This document shows positions 1 to 10,570 of a stretch of DNA of 64,000 nt, piece after piece. Position 1 is the stretch's first letter. Each line of letters begins with the position of its first letter. Location: the NCBI GenBank assembly GCA_963785305.1, contig CAWAUV010000007.1, positions 96,001-160,000 of the forward strand, in the 5' to 3' direction. The notes beneath the pieces are model-generated. The model worked only from the letters and a program-made list of their open reading frames with translations, searched no databases and was not told the DNA's origin. Source of the stretch: an uncultured Planctomycetaceae bacterium (lineage in GTDB: Bacteria > Planctomycetota > Planctomycetia > Pirellulales > PALSA-1355). The position numbers and the translations under genes were made by a program.

Positions 1-88
1 GCTTCTGAACGCGCTCCAACAGCGTATCCACCATGACCGGCAGCGGCCTCTCCACCGCGACCGGCGCCGACGTAAGCGACAACCCCAT
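1..88 (-). CDS. 5' end of a gene running off the left edge (MGLSLTSAPVAVERPLPVMVDTLLERVQK...)
   Basis: ATG at 88 on the minus strand, preceded by an AGGAG RBS; frame open to the window edge. Confidence 0.5.
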   Translation of the reverse strand, partial: MGLSLTSAPVAVERPLPVMVDTLLERVQK

Positions 89-437
89 TCCACAATCTCC
101 TGGTCGAGCGTCTGGACTGAACAAGCAACTCCCTTAAGTCCGCTTGACCGCTCTTCCGCCTGGAGCAGACCGGCATGACGAGTTTTCATGATTAGCACAT
201 CTTATGCCCTCGGCATAAAATTAAATTCCCCGCGATCCTTGAAAGCCGCCGAGGCCCGGAATCCGCCGAGCAGTCGCAACTTACGGCCGACGACGGTCCG
301 AGATTGCCGATTCACATTCAAGGCCCGAACCGAGCTAGAATTGTCGATCCGCTGGGCAGCAGGCGCCCGAGCTTGCGGCAAATTCCGACAATGCCGACCT
401 AGCAGGCTGTTGAAATATTCAATAGCCTGCTAGCGAA

Positions 438-2641
438 TTACTCGAGCCGATCGAGCGATTCGGCCAACTGTCGCACGATCGGCCCCGCGGCCGTCGCGCC
501 CGAGCCGCCGTGCTCGAGCGCCACCACGATCACCCAGCGCGGGTTCTCGGCCGGTGTGTAGCTGGCAAACCAGGCGTGCTCCGCCTGGCCATCGATTTCG
601 GCGGTCCCGGTCTTGCCGGCGAGCGTGGGCCAAGTCCGCCGCGCATCGTGGCCCGTGCCCAGCGGGTCGTCGATCGCGAGCCGCAGCCCCTCGCGAACAG
701 CCGCCAAGGCGCTTGGCGAGATCGGCAGCCGCCGACCGAGCGGCGCCTCGCTCGCGGGCGCGACCGGCGCCGGCGAGCGGGTTTCAGCCCCGCGCTCGAT
801 ATGCGGCCGCACCCAATAACCACCATTTCCCACGGCCGCAATCCAGGTCGCGACTTGCAGCGGGGTCGCGGTGAACACACCTTGGCCAATGGCTAGCGAT
901 TCGGTGTCGGCGGCTTGCCAAGCGCGGTTTGCCAACCGCGCGAGGCTCGCCGGGGTGGCCATCCGGCCGGCCGCCTCGTCGGCCAATCCCGAATTCGTCG
1001 ATCGCCCCGCGCCAAATCGCTCGGCCCAAGCCACGAGCGGCTCCGGTCCCAGCGAGTCGGCGAAGTGAAAGAAATACGTGTTGCAGCTCATCGCCAGCGC
1101 CTCGGCCAGACGCACCTCGCCGTGGCCAATGCCTTGCCGACGAAACAGCGCGCACCGCATCCGATCGGGCTCCTCCAAATAGCCGCGGCAGCCATACGAT
1201 GTCTCGGGCCGGGCGACGCCTTGCTCCAAAAGCGCGATCGCGGTCACAATCTTGAACACCGAGCCCGGCGGAATCGCCATGCGGGCCACGCGGTCGAACA
1301 TCGGCTGCCCCGGCGCCGAGAGCCAAGCCACGGCCCGCTCATCGCCGTGAGCAAAAACATTGGGATCGAATCGCGGGGCGCTGGCCGCCGCGAGCAGTTC
1401 GCCCGAACGAATGTCCATCACCACCGCCGCCCCGCCGGTCGGAAGGTCGGTGGCATCGGGCACGCGGCCAGCAATCGCGCGATCGAGCAGCGATTCGGCC
1501 GCTCTCTGCAACCGGGTGTCGAGCGTGAGCCAAAGATCGCGGCCATCGACCGGATCAATCGTCGCCCGCGCCCCGAGGCGCTTGCCGCGATGATTGGTCC
1601 AGTGGACTCGGCGGCCCGGATGCCCGCGAAGCGATGCTTCGGCCAAGCGCTCGATGCCGGCCAGGCCGGCGGTTCGAGCGACGGATGCGCTGGTTGTCCG
1701 AGCGGGTGTTTCCGCGGACGCATCGACCGAAGCGGCGACATAGCCCAGCACGTTGGCCGCCGAGTCGCCGCCCGGGTAGACGCGCCACGGGTGTTCGACA
1801 AGCCGAATGTCGGCCCAGGATTCCGACGCGAGCAGTGCCCGAATCGCCGGAACCGCCTCGGGTGGCGCTTCATCGACGATGCGATGATACGCGTGCTCCT
1901 CGGCCACGACGAGCCGCTCGGGAGGCGCTGGGTGAATCAAGCGAGAAGAGATCGGCCGCGAGCCATCGCCACCAGCCAGAGCGAGCGCCGCCCGTGGCTT
2001 CGGGCGAATACTCGTTGCGATCGTTGTCGTGTTCGGCCCAGGCGTCGATCTGGGCCTGATGCTCGCGCCGAGCGCGTTCATCGCGCACGCTGTTGGCTCG
2101 CTCGGCAATGGTCTCGACTCGCGCTTGGATTCGCGCCGCGCGGCGACGCCACTGCGAATCGGTGAGCCCACACAGTCGGGCAAGCCGCTCGGCAAGGCGA
2201 TCGCGCTCGGCGATGATCGCTTGCTGGGCCTCGGCCACGCGCTCCGGGCGCCGTCGCTCGGCGGCCGAGAGCCGCGCGCGGGCTTGGCGGCGCAGGCCAC
2301 GCGGAATTGGGCGGCTGCTCGATCCAGCGATAGCGAACCTCGAGGCCGAGCGCTTGGGCATCGATGGCCAGCGGTTCGCCATGGCGAGACACGATGCGTC
2401 CGCGGCGGGCTGGCAGCACATCGACCTGCTCGCCGAGCCGACCGGCCGCCTCGCGAAAGGCATCGCCCTCGACGGATTCGAGCTGCGCAGCGCGAACGAA
2501 AATCGCTGCCAGCGCCGCGAAAAAACCGCCCAGCACCAGCCGGAGTCGCGCCGGCGACGCGCTCGCGCCCCACGGCTCCGAAGCCGAGCCTTGGCGCCGA
2601 GCGGCGAGGCGCCAATCGAAGAGTCGATCGGGTCGTGGCAT
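438..2641 (-). CDS. mrdA: Class B penicillin-binding protein (PBP2/FtsI-like transpeptidase), two apparent frameshifts (~2295, ~1930)
   Basis: N-terminal TM then PARRGRI; catalytic motifs PGSVFK (SxxK), SCN (SxN), GKTGTAE (KTG); pieces in three ORFs (2078..2641, 1870..2892, 438..2615); next to mreB. Confidence 0.8.
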
Positions 2642-2711
2642 TGGGAAGGATCGCCCCTTTTCGATTCGGGATCAGGCGGCGTCGCTCGATTCCATGCTGC
2701 CGCGCCAGGCG

Positions 2712-3719
2712 TCAATGCGGCTCCAGGCAGATCAGCGCGCCGCGGGCCACGGCTTCGCAAGCGTCGGGATGCACGCGGGCCGGCAACCCGGTGTGCTCGG
2801 TGACGAAGCGATCCATGCCGCGCAGGAGCGAGCCGCCGCCGGCAAGCGTTACCCCGTGGTCGACCAAGTCGGCGGCCAAGTCGGGTGGGCAATCGTCGAG
2901 CGTCGCGCGAATGGCGGCGAGCAATTGCCCAAGCACCGGCGTCAGCGCTTCGCGGACCTCTTCGCTCGACACGACCGCCTTGCGCGGCAATTGGCTGATC
3001 GTGTCGACGCCGCGGGCCTCGTCGACCAGTTCATCGGCCAAGGGATGGGCGCTCCCGATATCGATACGCAAACGCTCGGCCGCCTGTTGGCCGACGCGCA
3101 GCGAGAAGCGGCGCTTGAGAAACTCGGCGAGCGCGAGGTCGAAGGTATCGCCGCCCAGGCGAATCGAGCGCGAGGCCACGATCTCGCCCAGGCTCAGCAC
3201 GGCAATCTCGGTGGCGCCGCCGCCGATGTCGAGGATCATGCTCGCCACCGGTTCGAGAATCGGCAGTCCCACGCCCAGGGCCGCGGCCTTGGCCTTCGGC
3301 ATGACCAGCGATTCCCTCGCGCCGGCGCGCATGAGGCTATTGTGAATCGCCCGCTTTTCGACCGGAGTCGCCGCGCCGGGCGCCGTGGCCAACACTCGCG
3401 GGCGAGAGCGCCAGCGGCCGGGCCGGGCCTTGCGCAGAAACGAGCGAAGCATCGCTTCGCACAGTTCGAAGTCGGCGATGACGCTGGCCGAGAGCGGCCG
3501 GGTGACGGTGATCGACTGCGGAGCGCGGCCGAGCATTTGCCGGGCCAAGTGGCCGACCGCCGCGCCGCCGGCCAGCACTTTGCGACCGCCTTGCTCGACC
3601 GCCACCACCGAAGGCTCGCTGAGAACGATGCCTTCGCCGGCCAGGGCGATGCGCGTGTTCGCGGCGCCCATGTCGAGCGCCAGATCGGCGCCCCAGAATT
3701 CGAACAGTCGATCGAGCAT
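2712..3719 (-). CDS. mreB: Rod shape-determining protein MreB (actin-like ATPase)
   Basis: ALDMGAANT, EPSVVA, LDIGGGATEIAV, LAGGGSLL motifs; 335 aa. Confidence 0.92.
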   Translation of the reverse strand: MLDRLFEFWGADLALDMGAANTRIALAGEGIVLSEPSVVAVEQGGRKVLAGGAAVGHLARQMLGRAPQSITVTRPLSASVIADFELCEAMLRSFLRKARPGRWRSRPRVLATAPGAATPVEKRAIHNSLMRAGARESLVMPKAKAAALGVGLPILEPVASMILDIGGGATEIAVLSLGEIVASRSIRLGGDTFDLALAEFLKRRFSLRVGQQAAERLRIDIGSAHPLADELVDEARGVDTISQLPRKAVVSSEEVREALTPVLGQLLAAIRATLDDCPPDLAADLVDHGVTLAGGGSLLRGMDRFVTEHTGLPARVHPDACEAVARGALICLEPH

Positions 3720-3786
3720 CCTTGCTCCGTCGCGTTAATAGCCGCGTGTCGTGGGCGAGCACAAATCGGCGAACGGTACGCCGCGC

Positions 3787-4182
3787 TCACCGGGCGTGTA
3801 TCTTCCAATCGTAGCGTTGCAATTCGCCGTAGAGAAACGCGCAACCCACGGCGAGGGCCACGAAGGCCAACACCAGCAGCACGGTGTAGACATTGGCCCG
3901 CGGCTTTTCGAGCACGACGCCCGGCTTCGCCTTGCCGCCGCGTTTTCCTTTCTTCGGCTTCTCTTCTTCCTCCTCGACCGCTTCGCCGAGACCGCCGGCC
4001 GCGAGGCCCGGCGATGAGAGCCCGCCCGCGGCAAGACCGCCCCCCAGCCCGGCAGCGCCCAAATCGTCCACGCCGAGATCGGCAGCGCCGAAATCCACGG
4101 GCCCGAGCTCGCCGCCGAGTTCGGCGTTGAAGTCCTCGACCAGATCGTCGTCCTCAGCCGACTTTGAAGCGCGTCGCGACAT
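3787..4182 (-). CDS. Hypothetical protein, acidic/Gly-rich N-terminus with C-terminal TM helix
   Basis: ORF ends ...KPRANVYTVLLVLAFVALAVGCAFLYGELQRY; start chosen at ATG 4182, overlapping the upstream gene. Confidence 0.6.
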   Translation of the reverse strand: MSRRASKSAEDDDLVEDFNAELGGELGPVDFGAADLGVDDLGAAGLGGGLAAGGLSSPGLAAGGLGEAVEEEEEKPKKGKRGGKAKPGVVLEKPRANVYTVLLVLAFVALAVGCAFLYGELQRYDWKIHAR

Positions 4183-4990
4183 CGTCACCTTTCTGGATAG
4201 TGCCTTTCTTGAAGTCGGGAATGATCTTGCCGACCGCCCGATCACTGTCCGTCTTCATGACTCGCATGCGGCCCAGATAGTTGTTGCCGCGGTACACCTC
4301 GAGGGTGTTGCCTTCGTGCAATCCGTCGTCGGAGCCGAGCGACACTTCGAGCATATCCTGCTGGTTCACGGCCAACACCTTGCCGCGCAGGGGCGGCGGC
4401 GTGTCGCTCGGATCGAGCGAGATTCCCTTGACGAAGGCCAGATGCTTGAGCTGGGCATTGTCTTGGGCGAGCTGCTGATTGCGTTCCTTGAGCCGCGTGG
4501 TTGCATTCATCGCCTGATGCATTTGGTCGGTCAAGCTCACGACCTGGGCGAATTGTTTATCGCGATCGGCCTGGGTCTCGCGAATATTGGTTCGCAGCCC
4601 CTCGACCTCGGTCGTGAGTTTGTCGAGATTCTGCTGGGTGGCCGCCATGGCGGCGATCGCTTCTTGCTGCTTCTTGTCGAGCTCGTCGCGCTCTTGAGTC
4701 AGCCGCGTGATCTTTTCCTCGGCGGCGGCGCGATAGGTTTCTTCCTTCGCGATGGCTTGGCGCTTTTCGGTGGTTTCCTTCGATAGTGTCTCGGCCAAGA
4801 GGTCGCGAGTCTTCTCGAGATCGGCGAGCTCTTGCTTTTTCTTTTCGATCTGGGCCTTGAAGCCGGTTTCCGGCTTCTCGACCGCTTCTTTCCAGTTCTT
4901 ATGCGTGGCATAAACCGCGATCGCGAACGCCATGAAGATCGTGGCGGCGAACGGGATGATCACAGCGAAGATCTTGCCGACGAGATTCAT
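4154..4990 (-). CDS. Membrane-anchored coiled-coil hypothetical protein with C-terminal beta domain
   Basis: N-terminal TM, long heptad region, C-terminal EVSLGSDDGL...GDDV. Confidence 0.8.
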   Translation of the reverse strand: MNLVGKIFAVIIPFAATIFMAFAIAVYATHKNWKEAVEKPETGFKAQIEKKKQELADLEKTRDLLAETLSKETTEKRQAIAKEETYRAAAEEKITRLTQERDELDKKQQEAIAAMAATQQNLDKLTTEVEGLRTNIRETQADRDKQFAQVVSLTDQMHQAMNATTRLKERNQQLAQDNAQLKHLAFVKGISLDPSDTPPPLRGKVLAVNQQDMLEVSLGSDDGLHEGNTLEVYRGNNYLGRMRVMKTDSDRAVGKIIPDFKKGTIQKGDDVATRFKVG

Positions 4991-5406
4991 ACGACCCAAG
5001 CCTCGAAAGGGCTAATAACCAATGACACGCGAACGAAAAACACAAACTAGAGTGTACGCCAACCCCCATCCTGGCGCCACGTCGACCGCGACTCTTCCTT
5101 CCGCGCCGCCCAGTCGCGCCCCACCACGCTCGGCCAGCGCAACAGGCAATGCGCCGCAAGCGCGGGAGTGATCGGAATGAGCCGCGTGGAACAGGCGATC
5201 GATGCGCCCAAGTGACGATCTTGGTTGAAGATAGCCACCGAAAGAATAGCTGCCAGACCGGGTGCTTTTAGCTTAATTGCCCAAAGAGCCCATGTCAAAC
5301 AATTGCCCACGGAGCAACGAAAGGCCCAAAGTCGACGCGGGAAGACCGCGGGCGGACAAAAAATTCGCGGAAGGCCGCCTTTATCGGGGGAGGGGGGTTT
5401 ATAGGC

Positions 5407-5567
5407 CAGAACTTTGAAGTTTCCACCCGAAAGTACTACAACCTGCAAGACGCACGAATTTGACTATAGTGCCGATGGCGGCGCTAGCAAGTCACTGCTA
5501 TCGGTACCGCAAGAGGTGTTTTCAGGTCGTTTTCGTGCCACCGATGGGTGGAAACTTCAAAGTACTG
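5407..5567. mobile_element. MITE, 161 bp, with 22-bp terminal inverted repeats and 10-bp target-site duplication
   Basis: TIRs CAG(A/T)ACTTTGAAGTTTCCACCC (5407-5428 and 5546-5567, 21/22 match); flanking direct repeat GTTTATAGGC at 5397-5406 and 5568-5577. Confidence 0.8.
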
Positions 5568-5596
5568 GTTTATAGGCTCTTTTCCAGGTTGGCCCG

Positions 5597-5797
5597 TCAA
5601 TCCTCCCCTTCAATCCGCCGGCTTTCATTTCCTTCGACCGTTTCCTCGTCGGGCGGAGCGTCGTAGGGCACGCGCTGCTCTTCGTTGAGCCAGCGGCCGA
5701 GGTCGATTTGCTTGCATCGCGGGCCGCAAAATGGCAATGCGCGGCTTTGTTCTCTCTCGAACATGGCGCCGCAGATCGGACAGGACATTCGCGACAT
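5597..5797 (-). CDS. yacG: DNA gyrase inhibitor YacG
   Basis: CPICG...PFCGPRCKQIDLGRW signature. Confidence 0.9.
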   Translation of the reverse strand: MSRMSCPICGAMFEREQSRALPFCGPRCKQIDLGRWLNEEQRVPYDAPPDEETVEGNESRRIEGED

Positions 5798-5833
5798 GGG
5801 ACTCACGCACTTCCTTGACCACACCGGGCCGAC

Positions 5834-6241
5834 TCACTCCGACTTCCCGCCACGGGGCTTCGAGCCCTTGGACGACGACTTGCTCTCGCCGCCACCAGCG
5901 CTTTTATCGCTGGCGGACCCACCGCCGGAAGCGCCGCTACTTGAAGGCGCATCGCCGCTGGATTTGCCGCCTGTATCGCTTTTGCCGGAATCGGACTTGC
6001 CGGCATCGCTCTTGCCCGCCTCGCCGCGGTCGGCGCTGGCCTGTTTCTTATACGACTCGCTGCGATAGTCGGTTTCGTAGAAGCCCGAGCCTTTGAACAC
6101 CACTCCCGCGCCGGCGCCGATCAAGCGGCGGAGCTTGTTCTTCTTGCATTCGGGACACTTCTTGATCGGATCGTCTTTCATCGACTGAAACAGCTCGAAC
6201 TTGTGTTGGCAAGCGTCGCACACATAGTCGTAGGTTGGCAT
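5834..6241 (-). CDS. FmdB-family zinc-ribbon protein
   Basis: MPTYDYVCDAC...CPEC...FKGSGFYETDY followed by a low-complexity tail. Confidence 0.9.
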   Translation of the reverse strand: MPTYDYVCDACQHKFELFQSMKDDPIKKCPECKKNKLRRLIGAGAGVVFKGSGFYETDYRSESYKKQASADRGEAGKSDAGKSDSGKSDTGGKSSGDAPSSSGASGGGSASDKSAGGGESKSSSKGSKPRGGKSE

Positions 6242-6309
6242 CGCGATACACCGAATCTCAAGAGCAAGGAACAAAATGACCCCGCGCGCGGCACATGAGC
6301 AACGAACGG

Positions 6310-6981
6310 CTACGACGCCTGCGACACCACGACCTGGGCCGGGCGCAACACGCGGTCGTGAACCACATAGCCATCGACCGCCACGGCCATGACGGTGTGC
6401 GCGGGCAGTTCGGGCGCCGGTTGCTGGGCGATGGCCTCATGAAACGCGGGATCGAACGGCATGCCCATCGCCTCGATCTTCTTGCAATGATACCGAACGA
6501 GCAGCGCCTCGAAGCCTTGGGCGACCATGCGAATGCCCTCGACCATGGGCGCCGTGGCCGCGTTTTTTTCGATCGCCGCGATTGCTCGCTGCATGTTGTC
6601 GAGCGCCGGCAACAGATCGCGCAGCAACGGCACATTCGCGTAGAGGCGTTCGTCGTCGAGCTCGCGGCGAGCCCGCTTGCGGAAGTTTTCGAGCTCCGCC
6701 TGGGCGCGAAGCATGCGGTCGGAACAGCCTTCGAGTTCGGCCTTCAGGCGTTCGATCTCGGCGGGCGCTTCGGCCGTGGCGCCTTGCGCGGCGGAGCCTT
6801 GTCCGGTGGCGCCTTGTCCGGCGGAGCCTTGTCCGGTGGCGCCTTGTCCGGCGGAGCCTTGTCCGGTGGCGCCTTGTCCGGCGGAGCCTTGTCCGGTGGC
6901 GCCTTGTCCGGCGGAGCCTTGTCCGGTGGCGCCTTGTCCGGCGGTGTTCGTGGTGGAACGCGGCGTTTCATCTGGAGCCAT
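6310..6981 (-). CDS. grpE: Nucleotide exchange factor GrpE with N-terminal repeat expansion
   Basis: RAQAELENFRKR, PFDPAFHEA, GYVVHDRVLRPAQVVV. Confidence 0.95.
   Translation of the reverse strand: MAPDETPRSTTNTAGQGATGQGSAGQGATGQGSAGQGATGQGSAGQGATGQGSAGQGATGQGSAAQGATAEAPAEIERLKAELEGCSDRMLRAQAELENFRKRARRELDDERLYANVPLLRDLLPALDNMQRAIAAIEKNAATAPMVEGIRMVAQGFEALLVRYHCKKIEAMGMPFDPAFHEAIAQQPAPELPAHTVMAVAVDGYVVHDRVLRPAQVVVSQAS
6776..6944. repeat. In-frame tandem repeat, 30-bp unit (two 15-bp subunits), about 5.5 copies, encoding (GQGATGQGSA)n
   Basis: GCCTTGTCCGGCGGAGCCTTGTCCGGTGGC repeated from 6781 to 6944. Confidence 0.95.
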
Positions 6982-6992
6982 GACTGAAATCC

Positions 6993-8133
6993 TCAACTCT
7001 CGGTTGTTTCCGGCGCGAAATAGTCTTTTACCTTCTCGAAGAAGCTTTTGCGATGCGGGCTCACGTGCGCGTGCTCGAGCTCGGCCAGTTCACGCAGCAA
7101 CTCTTCTTGGCGAGGTTGCAGCTTCTTGGGAACTTCGATATTGACCTGCACCAACTGATCGCCCACGCCGCGGCTCCGCGGATGCGGCAATCCCCGGCCG
7201 CGAAGCTTGAACACTTCGCCGCTTTGCGTGCCCGGCGCCATGCGAATCGTGTCGGGTCCGTCGAGCGTGGGCACTTCCAGATCGCAGCCGAGCGCGGCCT
7301 GGGAATAGGTGATCGGCATGCGCACCACGAGATGCTGGCCATCTCGCTGGAAGAGCGGATGTTCGCGCACCGTGATGAAGACATAGCAATCGCCCCGCGC
7401 CGCCCCGCGGATTGGGTTCGCCTTCGCCGGCAAGCCGCACCCGCATTTCGTCGTCGATCCCGGCCGGAATCGCCACCTCGCGCTTCACTCGCCGCAGCAT
7501 ATAACCTTCGCCGCGGCAGCTCGGGCAGGGGTCTTTCACCACGCTGCCGACGCCCTGGCAAGCCGGGCAGGTCGTTTGCACTCGGAAAATGCCGGTCTGC
7601 TGTAATATCTGCCCGCGGCCGCCGCAGTAATTGCATTCTTCCCGGCCCTTGCTCGACTTGGCGCCCGAGCCATGACACTTTTCGCAGGCCTCGTGGCGCT
7701 CGAACTCGATGGTCTTGGTCACGCCGCGAGCCGCCTCGACCAGGTCGAGCGTGAGATTGGCCCGCACATCGGCGCCTTTGGTGGCCTGGCGATTTCGCCG
7801 GCCGCCGCCAAACATTTCGCCAAACGCGCTATCGCCGAAGATATCGCCAAACGCCTGGAAAATATCGGACACATCGCGAAAATGGGCGCCGCCGCCACCG
7901 GGACCGTCGATGCCGGCATGTCCGTGGCGGTCGTAGCGAGCCCGCTTTTCCTTGTCGCTCAGAATCTCGAAGGCCTCGGCGGCTTCCTTGAAGCGAGCGA
8001 TCGCTTCTTCATCGCCCGGATTGCGGTCCGGATGGAATTTGAGCGCGAGCTTACGGTATGCGTCGGAGATGGCTTTGTCGGTGGCGGTGCGTTCGACCGA
8101 CAGCACCTCGTAGTAACAGCGTTTGGTGGCCAT
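6993..8133 (-). CDS. dnaJ: Molecular chaperone DnaJ, one apparent frameshift near 7400
   Basis: J-domain HPD, four CxxCxGxG motifs; C-terminal domain continues in ORF 6993..7433. Confidence 0.92.
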
Positions 8134-8208
8134 TGGCGCCATGGCGGATTCGGTCGCGAAAGTAAATGCGTTTTGGAATTATAGGCGCTCGATCGTCCGG
8201 CGTGAGCC

Positions 8209-8246
8209 CCAATTTGCCGCGCTGGAAGGCCAAATTGCCGTGCTGG
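8209..8246. promoter_or_regulatory. Direct repeat (17 bp x2, 21-bp period) upstream of dnaJ; candidate regulator site
   Basis: CCAATTTGCCGCGCTGG (8209-8225) and CCAAATTGCCGTGCTGG (8230-8246). Confidence 0.45.
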
Positions 8247-8480
8247 GTGGAGTGGAATCGCCAACTGAAAAACGAGTCAAAAAACGCTTGGCCCCGCGAC
8301 TGTGTCCCGTCGCGCGGCTTCCATCGCGCGGTTCCGTCAAGCAGCTCCATCATGCGGGTTGATGGCAAGGCATTTTGCCGCCGCGCCGCAAGCGGGCCAT
8401 CTCGCGCTTGGCGAGATGGCCCGCTTGCGGCTTGAGCGAAATCGCGAACGCGGCCCTCGGGCGCCGCGCGCATTTCCCGA

Positions 8481-10100
8481 TCAGCGAATGCTGCCTTCGA
8501 CACGCGTCTTGGCCTTGTCGTCCTTGTCGTAGGTCGTGACCAGGGCCTCGGTCGTGAGCATCAGGCCCGCAATGCTGGCGGCATTGCCCAGGGCGCTGCG
8601 CACCACCTTGACCGGATCGATGATGCCGGCCTTGAGCATATCGACATACTTGCCGGCATTGGCGTCGTAGCCGGTGTTCGTCGGCTTGCCGCGCACTTCG
8701 TCGACCACGACCGAGCCGTCGATCCCGCCATTGTCGGCGATTTGCTTCATCGGGGCCGACAGTGCCCGCAGCACGATCTCGCAGCCGACTTTCTCATCGC
8801 CCTTGGCCGAATCGCGCGCTTTTTCCACGACCTCGGTGCAGCGCACCAGCGCCACGCCGCCGCCCGGCAAGATGCCTTCTTCCACCGCGGCGCGGGTGGC
8901 GTGCAGGGCGTCTTCCACGCGGGCTTTCTTCTGCTTCATGTCGGCTTCCGTATCCGCGCCTACCGAGATAATCGCCACGCCGCCGGTGAGCTTGGCCAGC
9001 CGCTCTTGGAACTTCTCCTTGTCATATTCGCTCTCGGTGGCTTCGATCTGATTGCGAATCTGTTGAATGCGGTTCTGGATATCGGCTTGCTTGCCGGCGC
9101 CGTTGACGATGGTCGTGGTGTCCTTGTTCACCGTGACCTGCTTGGCGCGGCCCAGATGCTCGAGGGAGATGCTTTCGAGCTTGACGCCGAGATCCTCGCT
9201 AATGAGCGTGCCGCCGGTGAGCGTGGCGATATCGCCCAGCATCGCCTTGCGGCGATCGCCAAAACCGGGCGCCTTGGCCGCGCAAATCTGGAGCACCCCG
9301 CGGAGCTTGTTCACCACCAGCGCCGTGAGCGCTTCGCCTTCGATATCCTCGGCGATGATCAACAGCGGCTTGCCCGAATGGGCGACCTTCTCGAGCAGCG
9401 GCACCAGGTCGCGCAGGTTCGAGAGCTTCTTTTCATGGATGAAAATCAGCGCGTCCTCGAACTGGCAGTCCATGTCGCCGGGACGATTGATGAAATAGGG
9501 CGAGATATAGCCCTTGTCGAACTGCATGCCTTCGACGAAGTCGAGCGTGGTCTCGGCGGTCTTGCCTTCCTCGACCGTGATCACCCCGTCCTTGCCCACC
9601 TTCTCCATCGCGTCGGCCAGCAGATTGCCGATGAACGGGTCGCTATTGGCGCTGATCGAGCCGACCTGGGCGATTTCGTCTTTCTTCGACACCGGCTTGC
9701 CCAGCGAATGCAAATGCTCGATCGCCGCGCTCACGGCCTTCTCGATGCCGCGACGCACCGCCATCGGATTGCTGCCGGCGGTGATATTGCGCAGGCCTTC
9801 CTTGAAGATGGCCCGGGCGAGCACCGTGGCGGTCGTCGTGCCGTCGCCCGCGATATCCGAAGTCTTGCTCGCCACTTCGTTCACGAGCTTGGCGCCCATG
9901 TTTTCGAAACGGTCCTCGAGCTCGATCTCCTTGCTCACCGTCACGCCGTCCTTGGTCACGGTCGGACCGCCAAACGACTTGTCGATGATCACATTGCGGC
10001 CGGTCGGGCCCATGGTCACCGCGACCGCGTCGGCCAGCTTATCCACGCCCTTGAGCATCTTGGCCCGGGCGACGTCCTCGAATAACAATTGCTTTGCCAC
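8481..10100 (-). CDS. groEL: Chaperonin GroEL (copy without GGM tail)
   Basis: [31 protein letters not shown]; 539 aa. Confidence 0.97.
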   Translation of the reverse strand: MAKQLLFEDVARAKMLKGVDKLADAVAVTMGPTGRNVIIDKSFGGPTVTKDGVTVSKEIELEDRFENMGAKLVNEVASKTSDIAGDGTTTATVLARAIFKEGLRNITAGSNPMAVRRGIEKAVSAAIEHLHSLGKPVSKKDEIAQVGSISANSDPFIGNLLADAMEKVGKDGVITVEEGKTAETTLDFVEGMQFDKGYISPYFINRPGDMDCQFEDALIFIHEKKLSNLRDLVPLLEKVAHSGKPLLIIAEDIEGEALTALVVNKLRGVLQICAAKAPGFGDRRKAMLGDIATLTGGTLISEDLGVKLESISLEHLGRAKQVTVNKDTTTIVNGAGKQADIQNRIQQIRNQIEATESEYDKEKFQERLAKLTGGVAIISVGADTEADMKQKKARVEDALHATRAAVEEGILPGGGVALVRCTEVVEKARDSAKGDEKVGCEIVLRALSAPMKQIADNGGIDGSVVVDEVRGKPTNTGYDANAGKYVDMLKAGIIDPVKVVRSALGNAASIAGLMLTTEALVTTYDKDDKAKTRVEGSIR

Positions 10101-10166
10101 GATGGCGATTCCTCTATTGGATTTGAAATGCGTTGGATGAACAACGGCCGGAAAAAACGAACGCCA

Positions 10167-10466
10167 CTAGCTCAGCAGCTTGGCCAAGATATCGCTCTCG
10201 CGAAGGATCTTGACATCCTTGCCGTTGACTTCGATTTCCGTGCCCGAGTACTTGCCGTAGATCACCACATCGCCCACGGCCACCGAAAGCTGTCCGCGGC
10301 TACCCGAGTCGAGCAACTTGCCGGGACCAACGGCCACGATCGTGCCGCGCTGCGGCTTCTCGCGAGCCGAATCGGGCAGCACGATGCCGCCGGCGGTTCG
10401 CTCCTCGGCCTCGGTCGGTTCGACAACAACACGATCATCCAGCGGACGCAAGCTTGTCTTCGACAT
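10167..10466 (-). CDS. groES: Co-chaperonin GroES
   Basis: [10 protein letters not shown]...GGIVLPDSA...ILRESDILA. Confidence 0.97.
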   Translation of the reverse strand: MSKTSLRPLDDRVVVEPTEAEERTAGGIVLPDSAREKPQRGTIVAVGPGKLLDSGSRGQLSVAVGDVVIYGKYSGTEIEVNGKDVKILRESDILAKLLS

Positions 10467-10570
10467 GAATCAGATCCTTATCAGTGGGTTTGTTGTGATT
10501 GTTCGCGGAACAAAATATCGCTGATCGACGACCCCGCGCGGGGCGAGAAAGATAGGGACGCGGGCCGAGC

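Noticed and set aside
194..209. Possible sigma54 promoter (minus strand GGGCATAAGATGTGCT) for the gene at the left edge
   Set aside because: GG-N10-GC spacing fits but the flanks deviate from consensus; too weak without knowing the gene.
6776..6944. Regular 30-bp repeats as a CRISPR array
   Set aside because: No unique spacers, in frame within grpE, and no cas genes in the window.
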